A DNA stretch of 64,000 nt from positions 23,560,001-23,624,000 of the forward strand of contig OZ024740.1 in the NCBI GenBank assembly GCA_964016885.1. Reading direction: 5' to 3'. The stretch is from Eledone cirrhosa (lineage: Eukaryota). This document shows, in pieces, positions 41,901 through 59,900 of this stretch. A model generated the notes under the pieces. That model saw nothing but the letters and a program-made list of their open reading frames with translations, had not been told where the DNA came from and searched no databases. Position numbers and translations under genes: made by a program. How positions within the stretch are numbered: position 1 is the first letter of the stretch; each line of letters starts with the position of its first letter.

Positions 41901-44900
41901 CAGAATCAACAACACCATTTACAACAGAAACAACAACACCATATACAACAGCAACAACAACAACATATACAACAGCAACAACAACAACATATACAACAGC
42001 AACAACAACAACATATACAACAGCAACAACAACAACATATACAACAGCATCAACAACATCATATACAACATCATCAACAACACCATATACAACAGCATCA
42101 ACAACATCATATACAACAGCAACAACAACACCATATACAACAGCATCAACAACACCATATACAACAGCAACAACAACAACATATACAACAGCATCAACAA
42201 CAACATATAAAACAGAAACAACAACAACATATACAACAGCATCAACAACATCATATACAACAGCATCAACAACACCATATACAACAGCATCAACAACACC
42301 ATATACAACAGCAACAACAACAACATATACAACAGCATCAACAACAACATATACAACAGAAACAACAACATCATATACAACAGCATCAACAACACCATAT
42401 ACAACAGCAACAACAACAATATATACAACAGCAACAACAACAACATATACAACAGCAACAACCACACCATATACAACAGCAACAACAACATCATATACAA
42501 CAGCAACAACAACAACATATACAACAGCATCAACAACAACATATACAACAGCAACAACAAAAACGTATACAACAGCAACAACAACATCATATACAACAGG
42601 AACAACAACAACATATACAACAGCAACAACAACAGCATATACAACAGCATCAACAACAACATATACAACAGCAACAACAACACCATGTACAACAGCAACA
42701 ACAACAACATATACAACAGAAACAACAACAACATATACAACAGAAACAACAACAACATATACAACAGCAACAACAACAACATATACAACAGAAACAACAA
42801 CAACATATACAACAGCAACAACAACACCATATACAACAGCAACAACAACAACATATACAACAGCATCAACAACATCATATACAACAGAAACAACAACAAC
42901 ATATACAACAGCATCAACAACAACATATACAACAGCATCAACAACATCATATACAACAGAAACAACAACAACATATACAACAGAAACAACAACAACATAT
43001 ACAACAGCAACAACAACAACATATACAACAGCATCAACAACATCATATACAACAGCAACAACAATATATACAACAGCAACAACAACATATACAACAGCAT
43101 CAACAACATCATATACAACAGCAACAACAATATATACAGCAACAACAACGACATCATATACAACAGCATCAACAACATCATATACAACAGCAACAACAAC
43201 ATATACAACAGCAACAACAACAACATATACAACAGCAACAACAACAACATATACAACAGCATCAACAACATCATATACAACATCAACAACAACATATACA
43301 ACAGCAACAACAACATCATATACAACAGCAACAACAACAACATATACAACAGCAACAACAACAACATACACGACAGCAACAACAACAACATATACAACAG
43401 CATCAACAACAACATATACAACAGCAACAACAACATATACAACAGCAACAACAACAACATATACAACATCATATACAACAGCAACAACAACATCATATAC
43501 AACAGCAACAACAACAACATATACAACAGCATCAACAACATCATATACAACAGCAACAACAACAACATATACAACATCAACAACAACATCATATACAACA
43601 GCAACAACAACATCATATACAACAGAAACAACAACAACATATACAACAGCATCAACAACATCATATACAACAGCAACAACAACAACATATACAACAGCAA
43701 CAACAACAACATATACAACAGCAACAACAACAACATATACAACAGCATCAACAACATCATATACAACAGAAACAACAACAACATATACAACAGCAACAAC
43801 AACACCATATACAACAGCAACAACAACAACAACATATACAACAGCAACAACAACAACATATACAACAGCAACAACAACAACATATACAACAGCAACAACA
43901 ACAACATATACAACAGCAACAACAATAACATATACAACAGCAACAACCAAATATACAACAGCAACAACAACAAAATATACAACAGCAACAACAACAACAA
44001 CATATACAACAGCAACAACAACAACATATACAACAGCAACAACAACAACATATACAACAGCAACAACAACAACATATACAACAGCATCAACAACAACATA
44101 TACAACAGCAACAACAACATCATATACAACAGCAACAACAACATCATATACAACAGCAAAAACAACATCATATACAACAGCATCAACAACACCATATACA
44201 ACAGCAACAACAACAACATATACAACAGCAACAACAACAACATATACAACAGCAACAACAACATCATATACAACAGCAACAACAACATCATATACAACAG
44301 CAACAACAACATCATATACAACAGCATCAACAACAACATATACAACATCAACAACAACAACATATACAATAGCAACAACAACAACATATACAACAACAAC
44401 AACATATACAACAGCAACAACAACAACATATACAACAGCAACAACAACATATACAACAGCAACAACAACAACATATACAACAACAACAACATATACAACA
44501 GCATCAACAACACCATATACAACAGCATCAACAACAGCATCAACAACATCATATACAACAGCAACAACAACACCATATACAACAGCATCAACAACACCAT
44601 ATACAACAGCAACAACAACAACATATACAACAGCATCAACAACAACATATACAACAGAAACAACAACAACATATACAACAGCATCAACAACATCATATAC
44701 AACAGCATCAACAACACCATATACAACAGCATCTACAACACCATATACAACAGCAACAACAACAACATATACAACAGAATCAACAACAACATATACAACA
44801 GAAACAACAACATCATATACAACAGCATCTACAACACCATATACAACAGCAACAACAACAACATATACAACAGCAACAACAACAACATATACAACAGCAA

Positions 44901-47900
44901 CAACAACACCATATACAACAGCAACAAAATCATCATATACAACAGCAACAACAACAACATATACAACAGCAACAACAACAACATATACAACAGCATCAAC
45001 AACATCATATACAACAGAAATAACAACATCATATACAACAGCAACAACAACACCATATACAACAGCAACAACAACATCATATACAACAGCAACAACAACA
45101 ACATATACAACAGCATCAACAACAACATATACAACAGCATCAACAACATATACAACAGCATCAACAACAACATATACAACAGCATCAACAACACCATATA
45201 CAACATCATCAACAACAACATATACAACTGCAACAACAACAACATATCCAACAGCATCAACAACACCATATACAACAGCAACAACAACATCATATACAAC
45301 AGCAACAACAACATCATATACAACAGCATCAACAACAACATATACAACAGCATCAACAACATATACAACAGCATCAACAACAACATATACAACAGCATCA
45401 ACAACAACATATACAACAGCATCAACAACAACATATACAACAGCATCAACAACATCATATACAACAGCAACATATACAACAGCAACAACAACAACATATA
45501 CAACAGCAACAACAACATCATATACAACAGCATCAACAACAACATATACAACAGCAACAACAACAACATATACAACAGCATCAACAACACCATATACAAC
45601 AGCAACAAAACAATCATATACAACAGCAACAACAACATCATATACAACAGCATCAACAACAACATATACAACAGCATCAACATCATATACAACAGCAACA
45701 ACAACATATACAACAGCATCAACAACATCATATACAACAGCAACAACAATATATACAACAGCAACAACAACATCATATACAACAGCATCAACAACAACAT
45801 ATACAACAGCATCAACATCATATACAACAGCAACAACAACATATACAACAGCATCAACAACATCATATACAACAGCAACAACAATATATACAACAGCAAC
45901 AACAACATATACAACAGCATCAACAACATCATATACAACAGCAACAACAATATATACAACATCAACAACAACATCATATACAACAGCATCAACAACATCA
46001 TATACAACAGCAACAACAACATATACAACAGCAACAACAACAACATATACAACAGCAACAACAACAACATATACAACAGCATCAACAACATCATATACAA
46101 CAGCAACAACAACATATACAACAGCAACAACAACATCATATACAACAGCAACAACAACAACATATACAACAGCAACAACAACAACATACACAACAGCAAC
46201 AACAACAACATATACAACAGCATCAACAACAACATATACAACAGCAACAACAACATATACAACAGCAACAACAACAACATATACAACATCATATACAACA
46301 GCAACAACAACATCATATACAACAGCAACAACAACAGCATATACAACAGCATCAACAACATCATATTCAACAGCAACAACAACAACATATACAACAGCAA
46401 CAACAACATCATATACAACAGCAACAACAACATCATATACAACAGAAACAACAACAACATATACAACAGCATCAACAACATCATATACAACAGCAACAAC
46501 AACAACATATACAACAGCAACAACAACAACATATACAACAGCAACAACAACATCATATACAACAGCAACAACAACATCATATACAACAGAAACAACAACA
46601 ACATATACAACAGCATCAACAACATCATATACAACAGCATCAACAACAACATATGCAACAGCAACAACAACAACATATACAACAGCAACAAAAACAACGT
46701 ATACAACAGCAACAACAACAACATATACAACAGCATCAACAACACCATATACAACAGCAACAACAACATCATATACAACAGCATCAACAACAATATATAC
46801 AACAGCAACAACATCATCATATACAACAGCAACAACAACAACATATACAACAGCAACAACAACAATATATACAATAGCAACAACAACATCATATACAACA
46901 GCATCAACAACATATACAACAGCAACAACAACAACATATACAACAGCAACCACAACAACATATACAACAGCATCAACGACAACATATACAACAGCAACAA
47001 CAACAACAACATATACAACAGCAATAACAACAACATATACAACAGCAACAACAACATCATATACAACAGCAACAACAACAACATATACAACATCAACAAC
47101 AACAACATATACAACAGCAACAACAGCATCATATACAACAGCAACAACAACAACATATACAACAGCATCAACAACAAATACAACAGCAACAACAACATCA
47201 TATACAACAGCAACAACAACAACATATACAACAGCAACAACAACAACATATACAACAGCAACAACAACATCATATATAACAGCAACAACAACATCATATA
47301 CAACAGCATCAACAACATATACAACATTAACAACATCATATACAACAGCATCAACGACAACATATACAACAGAAACAACAACATCATATACAACAGCAAC
47401 AACAACAACATATACAACAGCAACAACAACAACATATACAACAGCAACAACAACATCATATACAACAGCAACAACAACAACATATACAACAGCAACAACA
47501 ACACCATATACAACAGCAACAACAACATAACAACAGCATCAATAACACCATATACAACAGCATCAACAACATCATATACAACAGCATCAACAACAACATA
47601 TACAACAGCATAAACAACAACATATACAACAGCATCAACACCATATACAACAGTATCAACAACAACATATACAACAGCATCAACAACATATACAACAGCA
47701 TCAACAACACCATATACAACAGCATCAACAACAACATATACAACAGCAACAACAACAACATACACAACAGCATCAACAACAACATATACAACAGCATCAA
47801 CAACATATACAACAGCATCAACAACACCATATACAACAGCATCAACAACAACATATACAACAGCATCAACAACACATACAACATCATCAACAACATCATA

Positions 47901-50900
47901 TACAACAGCATCAACAACATATACAACAGCATCAACAACATATACAACAGCATCAACAACATCATATACAACAGCAACAACAACACTATATACAACAGCA
48001 TCAACAACATCATATACAACAGCATCAACAACATATACAACAGCAACAACAACAACATATACAACAGCATCAACAACAACATATACAACAGCATCAACAA
48101 CACCATATACAACAGCATCAACAACACCATATACAACAGCACCAACAACAACATATACAAAAGCAACAACAACATATACAACAACATCAACAACATCATA
48201 TACAACAGCAACACCAATATATACAACAACAACAACAACATCATATACAACAGCAACAACAACATATACAACAGCATCAACAACATCATATACAACAGCA
48301 ACAACAACATATACAACAGCAACAACAACAACATATACAACAGCAACAACAACAACATATACAACCGCATCAACAACATCATATACAACAGCAACAACAA
48401 CATATACAACAGCAACAACAACATCATATACAACAGCAACAACAACAACATATACAACAGCAAAAACAACAACATACACAACAGCAACAACAACAACATA
48501 TACAACAGCATCAACAACAACATATACAACAGCAACAACAACATATACAACAGCAACAACAACAACATATACAACATCATATACAACAGCAACAACAACA
48601 TCATATACAACAGCAACAACAACAACATATACAACAGCATCAACAACATCATATACAACAGCAACAACAACAACTTATACAACAGCAACAACAACATCAT
48701 ATACAACAGCAACAACAACATCATATACAACAGAAACAACAACAACATATACAACAGCATCAACAACATCATATACAACAGCAACAACAACAACATATAC
48801 AACAGCAACAACAACAACATATACAACAGCAACAACAACATCATATACAACAGCAACAACAACATCATATACAACAGAAACAACAACAACATATACAACA
48901 GCAACAACAACAACATATACAACAGCAACAACAACATATACAACAGCAACAACAACAACATATACAACAGCATCAACAACACCATATACAACAGCAACAA
49001 CAACATCATATACAACAGCATCAACAACAATATATACAACAGCAACAACAACAACATATACAACAACAACAACAACAACATATACAACAGCATCAACAAC
49101 ATCATATACAACAGCATCAACAACAACATATACAACAGCAACAACAACAACATATACAACAGCAACAACAACAACATATACAACAGCATCAACAACATCA
49201 TATACAACAGCATCAACAACACCATATACAACAGCATCAACAACACCATATACAACAGCATCAACAACAACATATACAACAGCATCAACAACACCATATA
49301 CAACAGCATCAACAACAACATATACAACAGCAACAACAACAACATATACAACAGCAACAACAACACCATATACAACAGCATCAACAACATCATATACAAC
49401 AGCATCAACAACATATACAACAGCATCAACAACATCATATACAACAGCAACAACAACAACATATACAACAGCATCAACAACAACATATACAACAGCAACA
49501 ACAACAACATGTACAACAGCATCAACAACAACATATACAACAGCATCAACAACATATACAACAGCATCAACAACATCATATACAACAGCAACAACAACAC
49601 CATATACAACAGCATCAACAACATCATATACAACAGCTTCAACAACATATACAACAGCATCAACAACATATACAACAGCATCAACAACATCATATACAAC
49701 AGCAACAACAACACCATATACAACAGCATCAACAACATCATATACAACAGCATCAACAACATATACAACAGCAACAACAACAACATATACAACAGCATCA
49801 ACAACAACATATACAACAGCATCAACAACACCATATACAACAGCATCAACAACACCATATACAACAGCATCAACAACAACATATACAAAAGCATTAACAA
49901 CACATTATACAACAGCAACAACAACAACATATACAACAGCATCAACAACACCATATACAATAGCATCAACAACAACATATACAACAGCAACAACACCATA
50001 TACAACAGCATCAACAACAACATATACAACAGCATCAACAACATCATATACAACAGCATCAACAACATCATATACAACAGCATCAACAACACCATATACA
50101 ACAGCATCAACAACAACATATACAACAGCATCAACAACATATACAACAGCATCAACAACATCATATACAACAGCATCAACAACATATACAACAGCATCAA
50201 CAACACCATATACAACAGCATCAACAACACCATATACAACAGCATCAACAACAACATATACAACAGCATCAACAACACCATATACAACAGCATCAACAAC
50301 AACATATACAACAGCAACAACAACAACATATACAACAGCAACAACAACACCATATACAACAGCATCAACAACATCATATACAACAGCATCAACAACATAT
50401 ACAACAGCATCAACAACATCATATACAACAGCAACAACAACAACATATACAACAGCATCAACAACAACATATACAACAGCAACAACAACATGTACAACAG
50501 CATCAACAACAACATATACAACAGCATCAACAACATATACAACAGCATCAACAACATCATATACAACAGCAACAACAACACCATATACAACAGCATCAAC
50601 AACACCATATACAACAGCATCAACAACAACATATACAAAAGCAACAACAACATATACAACAACATCAACAACATCATATACAACAGCAACAACAATATAT
50701 ACAACAACAACAACAACATCATATACAACAGCATCAACAACATATACAACAGCATCAACAACATATACAACAGCATCAACAACATCATATACAACAGCAA
50801 CAACAACACCATATACAACAGCATCAACAACATCATATACAACAGCATCAACAACATATACAACAGCAACAACAACAACATATACAACAGCATCAACAAC

Positions 50901-53900
50901 AACATATACAACAGCATCAACAACAACATATACAAAAGCAACAACAACATATACAACAACATAAACAACATCATATACAACAGCAACAACAATATATACA
51001 ACAACAACAACAACATCATATACAACAGCAACAACAACATATACAACAGCAACAACAACATCATATACAACAGCAACAACATATACAACAGCAACAACAA
51101 CAACATACACAACAGCAACAACAACAACATATACAACAGCATCAACAACAACATATACAACAGCAACAACAACATATACAACAGCAACAACAACAACATA
51201 TACAACATCATATACAACAGCAACAACAACATCATATACAACAGCAACAACAACAACATATACAACAGCATCAACAACATCATATACAACAGCAACAACA
51301 ACAACTTATACAACAGCAACAACAACATCATATACAACAGCAACAACAACATCATATACAACAGAAACAACAACAACATATACAACAGCATCAACAACAT
51401 CATATACAACAGCAACAACAACAACATATACAACAGCAACAACAACAACATATACAACAGCAACAACAACATCATATACAACAGCAACAACAACATCATA
51501 TACAACAGAAACAACAACAACATATACAACAGCATCAACAACATCATATACAACAGCATCAACAACAACATATACAACGGCAACAACAACAACATATACA
51601 ACAGCAACAACAACAACATATACAACAGCAACAACAACAACATATACAACAGCATCAACAACACCATATACAACAGCAACAACAACATCATATACAACAG
51701 CATCAACAACAATATATACAACAGCAACAACAACATATACAACAGCAACAACAACAACATATACAACAGCATCAACAACATCATATACAACAGCATCAAC
51801 AACAACATATACAACAGCAACAACAACAACATATACAACAGCAACAACAACATCATATACAACAGCATCAACAACAGTATATACAACAGCATCAACAACA
51901 TCATATACAACAGCAACAACAACAACATATACAACAGCAACAACAACAACATATACAATAGCAACAACAACATCATATACAACAGCATCAACAACATCAT
52001 ATACAACAGCAACAACAACAACATATACAACAGCAACCACAACAACATATACAACAGCATCAACGACAACATATACAACAGCAACAACAACATCATATAC
52101 AACAGCAACAACAACAACATATACAACAGCAACAACAACAACATATACAACAGCAACAACAACAACATATACAACAGCAACAAAAACATCATATACAACA
52201 GCAACAACAACAACATATACAACAGCAACAACAACAACATATACAACAGCAACAACAGCATCATATACAACAGCAACAACAACAACATATACAACAGCAT
52301 CAACAACAAATACAACAGCAACAACAACATCATATACAACAGCAACAACAACAACATATACAACAGCAACAACAACATCATATACAACAGCAACAACAAC
52401 AACATATACAACAGCAACAACAACACCATATACAACAGCAACAACAACATATACAACAGCATCAATAACACCATATACAACAGCATCAACAACATCATAT
52501 ACAACAGCATCAACAACAACATATACAACAGCATAAACAACAACATATACAACAGCATCAACACCATATACAACAGTATCAACAACAACATATACAACAG
52601 CATCAACAACATATACAACAGCATCAACAACACCATATACAACAGCATCAACAACAACATATACAACAGCATCAACAACATATACAACAGCATCAACAAC
52701 AACATATACAACAGCAACAACAACAACATATACAACAGCAACAACAACATCATATACAACAGCATCAACAACATATACAACAGCATCAACAACATCATAT
52801 ACAACAGCAACAACAACAACATATACAACAGCATCAACAACAACATATACAACAGCAACAACAACATGTACAACAGCATCAACAACAACATATACAACAG
52901 CATCAACAACATATACAACAGCATCAACAACATCATGTACAACAGCAACAACAACACCATATACAACAGCATCAACAACACCATATACAACAGCATCAAC
53001 AACAACATATACAAAAGCAACAACAACATATACAACAACATCAACAACATCATATACAACAGCAACAACAATATATACAACAACAACAACAACATCATAT
53101 ACAACAGCATCAACAACATATACAACAGCATCAACAACATATACAACAGCATCAACAACATCATATACAACAGCAACAACAACACCATATACAACAGCAT
53201 CAACAACATCATATACAACAGCATCAACAACATATACAACAGCAACAACAACAACATATACAACAGCATCAACAACAACATATACAACAGCATCAACAAC
53301 ACCATATACAACAGCATCAACAACACCATATACAACAGCATCAACAACAACATATACAAAAGCAACAACAACATATACAACAACATCAACAACATCATAT
53401 ACAACAGCAACAACAATATATACAACAACAACAACAACATCATATACAACAGCAACAACAACATATACAAAAGCAACAACAACATATACAACAACAACAA
53501 CAACATCATATACAACAGCAACAACAACATATACAACAACATCAACAACATCATATACAACAGCAACAACAATATATACAACAACATCAACAACAACATA
53601 TACAACAGCAACAACAACATATACAACAGCAACAACAACAACATATACAACAGCAACAACAACAACATATACAACAGCATCAACAACATCATATACAACA
53701 GCAACAACAACATATACAACAGCAACAACAATATCATATACAACAGCAACAACAACAACATATACAACAGCAACAACAACAACATACACAACAGCAACAA
53801 CAACAACATATACAACAGCATCAACAACAACATATACAACAGCAACAACAACATATACAACAGCAACAACAACAACATATACAACATCATATACAACAGC

Positions 53901-56900
53901 AACAACAACATCATATACAACAGCAACAACAACAACATATACAACAGCATCAACAACATCATATACAACAGCAACAACAACAACTTATACAACAGCAACA
54001 ACAACATCATATACAACAGCAACAACAACATCATATACAACAGAAACAACAACAACATATACAACAGCATCAACAACATCATATACAACAGCAACAACAA
54101 CAACATATACAACAGCAACAACAACAACATATACAACAGCAACAACAACATCATATACAACAGCAACAACAACATCATATACAACAGAAACAACAACAAC
54201 ATATACAACAGCATCAACAACATCATATACAACAGCATCAACAACAACATATACAACAGCAACAACAACAACATATACAACAGCAACAACAACAACATAT
54301 ACAACAGCAACAACAACAACATATACAACAGCATCAACAACACCATATACAACAACAACAACAACATCATATACAACAGCATCAACAACAATATATACAA
54401 CAGCAACAACAACAACATATACAATAGCAACAACAACAACATATACAACAGCATCAACAACATCATATACAACAGCATCAACAACAACATATACAACAGC
54501 AACAACAACAACATATACAACAGCAACAACAACAACATATACAACAGCAACCACAACAACATATACAACAGCATCAACGACAACATATACAACAGCAACA
54601 ACAACATCATATACAACAGCAACAACAACAACATATACAACAGCAACAACAACAACATATACAACAGCAACAACAACAACATATACAACAGCAACAACAA
54701 CATCATATACAACAGCAACAACAACAACATATACAACAGCAACAACAACAACATATACAACAGCAACAACAGCATCATATACAACAGCAACAACAACAAC
54801 ATATACAACAGCATCAACAACAAATACAACAGCAACAACAACATCATATACAACAGCAACAACAACAACATATACAACAGCAACAACAACAACATATACA
54901 ACAGCAACAACAACATCATATACAACAGCAACAACAACATCATATACAACAGCATCAACAACATATACAACATTAACAACATCATATACAACAGCATCAA
55001 CGACAACATATACAACAGCAACAACAACATCATATACAACAGCAACAACAACAACATATACAACAGCAACAACAACAACATATACAACAGCAACAACAAC
55101 ATCATATACAACAGCAACAACAACATATACAACAGCAACAACAACACCATATACAACAGCAACAACAACATATACAACAGCATCAATAACACCATATACA
55201 ACAGCATCAACAACATCATATACAACAGCATCAACAACAACATATACAACAGCATAAACAACAACATATACAACAGCATCAACACCATATACAACAGTAT
55301 CAACAACAACATATACAACAGCATCAACAACATATACAACAGCATCAACAACACCATATACAACAGCATCAACAACAACATATACAACAGCATCAACAAC
55401 ATATACAACAGCATCAACAACAACATATACAACAGCAACAACAACAACATATACAACAGCAACAACAACACCATATACAACAGCATCAACAACATCATAT
55501 ACAACAGCATCAACAACATATACAACAGCATCAACAACATCATATACAACAGCAACAACAACAACATATACAACAGCATCAACAACAACATATACAACAG
55601 CAACAACAACATGTACAACAGCATCAACAACAACATATACAACAGCATCAACAACATATACAACAGCATCAACAACATCATATACAACAGCAACAACAAC
55701 ACCATATACAACAGCATCAACAACACCATATACAACAGCATCAACAACAACATATACAAAAGCAACAACAACATATACAACAACATCAACAACATCATAT
55801 ACAACAGCAACAACAATATATACAACAACAACAACAACAACATCATATACAACAGCATCAACAACATATACAACAGCATCAACAACATATACAACAGCAT
55901 CAACAACATCATATACAACAGCAACAACAACACCATATACAACAGCATCAACAACATCATATACAACAGCATCAACAACATATACAACAGCAACAACAAC
56001 AACATATACAACAGCATCAACAACAACATATACAACAGCATCAACAACACCATATACAACAGCATCAACAACACCATATACAACAGCATCAACAACAACA
56101 TATACAAAAGCAACAACAACATATACAACAACATCAACAACATCATATACAACAGCAACAACAATATATACAACAACAACAACAACATCATATACAACAG
56201 CAACAACAACATATACAACAGCATCAACAACATCATATACAACAGCAACAACAACATATACAACAGCAACAACAACAACATATACAACAGCAACAACAAC
56301 AACATATACAACAGCATCAACAACATCATATACAACAGCAACAACAACATATACAACAGCAACAACAATATCATATACAACAGCAACAACAACAACATAT
56401 ACAACATCAACAACAACAACATACACACCAGCAACAACAACAACATATACAACAGCATCAACAACAACATATACAACAGCAACAACAACATATACAACAG
56501 CAACAACAACAACATATACAACATCATATACAACAGCAACAACAACATCATATACAACAGCAACAACAACAACATATACAACAGCATCAACAACATCATA
56601 TACAACAGCAACAACAACAACTTATACAACAGCAACAACAACATCATATACAACAGCAACAACAACATCATATACAACAGAAACAACAACAACATATACA
56701 ACAGCATCAACAACATCATATACAACAGCAACAACAACAACATATACAACAGCAACAACAACAACATATACAACAGCAACAACAACATCATATACAACAG
56801 CAACAACAACATCATATACAACAGAAACAACAACAACATATACAACAGCATCAACAACATCATATACAACAGCATCAACAACAACATATACAACAGCAAC

Positions 56901-59900
56901 AACAACAACATATACAACAGCAACAACAACAACATATACAACAGCAACAACAACAACATATACAACAGCATCAACAACACCATATACAACAACAACAACA
57001 ACATCATATACAACAGCATCAACAACAATATATACAACAGCAACAACAACAACATATACAATAGCAACAACAACAACATATACAACAGCATCAACAACAT
57101 CATATACAACAGCATCAACAACAACATATACAACAGCAACAACAACAACATATACAACAGCAACAACAACATCATATACAACAGCATCAACAACAATATA
57201 TACAACAGCATCAACAACATCATATACAACAGCAACAACAACAACATATTCAACAGCAACAACAACAACATATACAATAGCAACAACAACATCATATACA
57301 ACAGCATCAACAACATATACAACAGCAACAACAACAACATATACAACAGCAACCACAACAACATATACAACAGCATCAACGACAACATATACAACAGCAA
57401 CAACAACATCATATACAACAGCAACAACAACAACATATACAACAGCAACAACAACAACATATACAACAGCAACAACAACAACATATACAACAGCAACAAC
57501 AACATCATATACAACAGCAACAACAACAACATATACAACAGCAACAACAACAACATATACAACAGCAACAACAGCATCATATACAACAGCAACAACAACA
57601 ACATATACAACAGCATCAACAACAAATACAACAGCAACAACAACATCATATACAACAGCAACAACAACAACATATACAACAGCAACAACAACAACATATA
57701 CAACAGCAACAACAACATCATATACAACAGCAACAACAACATCATATACAACAGCATCAACAACATATACAACATTAACAACATCATATACAACAGCATC
57801 AACGACAACATATACAACAGCAACAACAACATCATATACAACAGCAACAACAACAACATATACAACAGCAACAACAACAACATATACAACAGCAACAACA
57901 ACATCATATACAACAGCAACAACAACAACATATACAACAGCAACAACAACACCATATACAACAGCAACAACAACATATACAACAGCATCAATAACACCAT
58001 ATACAACAGCATCAACAACATCATATACAACAGCATCAACAACAACATATACAACAGCATCAACACCATATACAACAGTATCAACAACAACATATACAAC
58101 AGCATCAACAACATATACAACAGCATCAACAACACCATATACAACAGCATCAACAACAACATATACAACAGCATCAACAACATATACAACAGCATCAACA
58201 ACATCATGTACAACAGCATCAACAACATATACAACAGCATCAACAACACCATATACAACAGCATCAACAACAACATATACAACAGCATCTACAACACCAT
58301 ATACAACAGCATCAACAACAACATATACAACAGCAACAACAACAACATATACAACTGCAACAACAACACCATATACAACAGCATCAACAACATCATATAC
58401 AACAGCATCAACAACATATACAACAGCATCAACAACATCATATACAACAGCAACAACAACAACATACACAACAGCATCAACAACAACATATACAACAGCA
58501 TCAACAACATATACAACAGCATCAACAACATATACAACAGCATAAACAACAACATATACAACAGCATCAACACCATATACAACAGCATCAACAACAACAT
58601 ATACAACAGCATCAACAACATATACAACAGCATCAACAACACCATATACAACAGCATCAACAACAACATATACAACAGCAACAACAACAACATACACAAC
58701 AGCATCAACAACAACATATACAACAGCATCAACAACATATACAACAGCATCAACAACACCATATACAACAGCATCAACAACAACATATACAACAGCATCA
58801 ACAACATATACAACAGCATCAACAACATCATATACAACAGCATCAACAACATATACAACAGCATCAACAACACCATATACAACAGCATCAACAACACCAT
58901 ATACAACAGCATCAACAACAACATATACAACAGCATCAACAACACCATATACAACAGCATCAACAACAACATATACAACAGCAACAACAACAACATATAC
59001 AACAGCAACAACAACACCATATACAACAGCATCAACAACATCATATACAACAGCATCAACAACATATACAACAGCATCAACAACATCATATACAACAGCA
59101 ACAACAACAACATATACAACAGCATCAACAACAACATATACAACAGCAACAACAACAACATGTACAACAGCATCAACAACAACATATACAACAGCATCAA
59201 CAACATATACAACAGCATCAACAACATCATATACAACAGCAACAACAACACCATATACAACAGCATCAACAACAACATATACAACAGCATAAACAACAAC
59301 ATATACAACAGCATCAACACCATATACAACAGTATCAACAACAACATATACAACAGCATCAACAACATATACAACAGCATCAACAACACCATATACAACA
59401 GCATCAACAACAACATATACAACAGCATCAACAACATATACAACAGCATCAACAACATCATATACAACAGCATCAACAACATATACAACAGCATCAACAA
59501 CACCATAAACAACAGCATCAACAACACCATATACAACAGCATCAACAACAACATATACAACAGCATCAACAACACCATATACAACAGCATCAACAACAAC
59601 ATATACAACAGCAACAACAACAACATATACAACTGCAACAACAACACCATATACAACAGCATCAACAACATCATATACAACAGCATCAACAACATATACA
59701 ACAGCATCAACACCATATACAACAGCAACAACAACATATACAACAGCATCAATAACACCATATACAACAGCATCAACAACATCATATACAACAGCATCAA
59801 CAACAACATATACAACAGCATCAACACCATATACAACAGTATCAACAACAACATATACAACAGCATCAACAACATATACAACAGCATCAACAACACCATA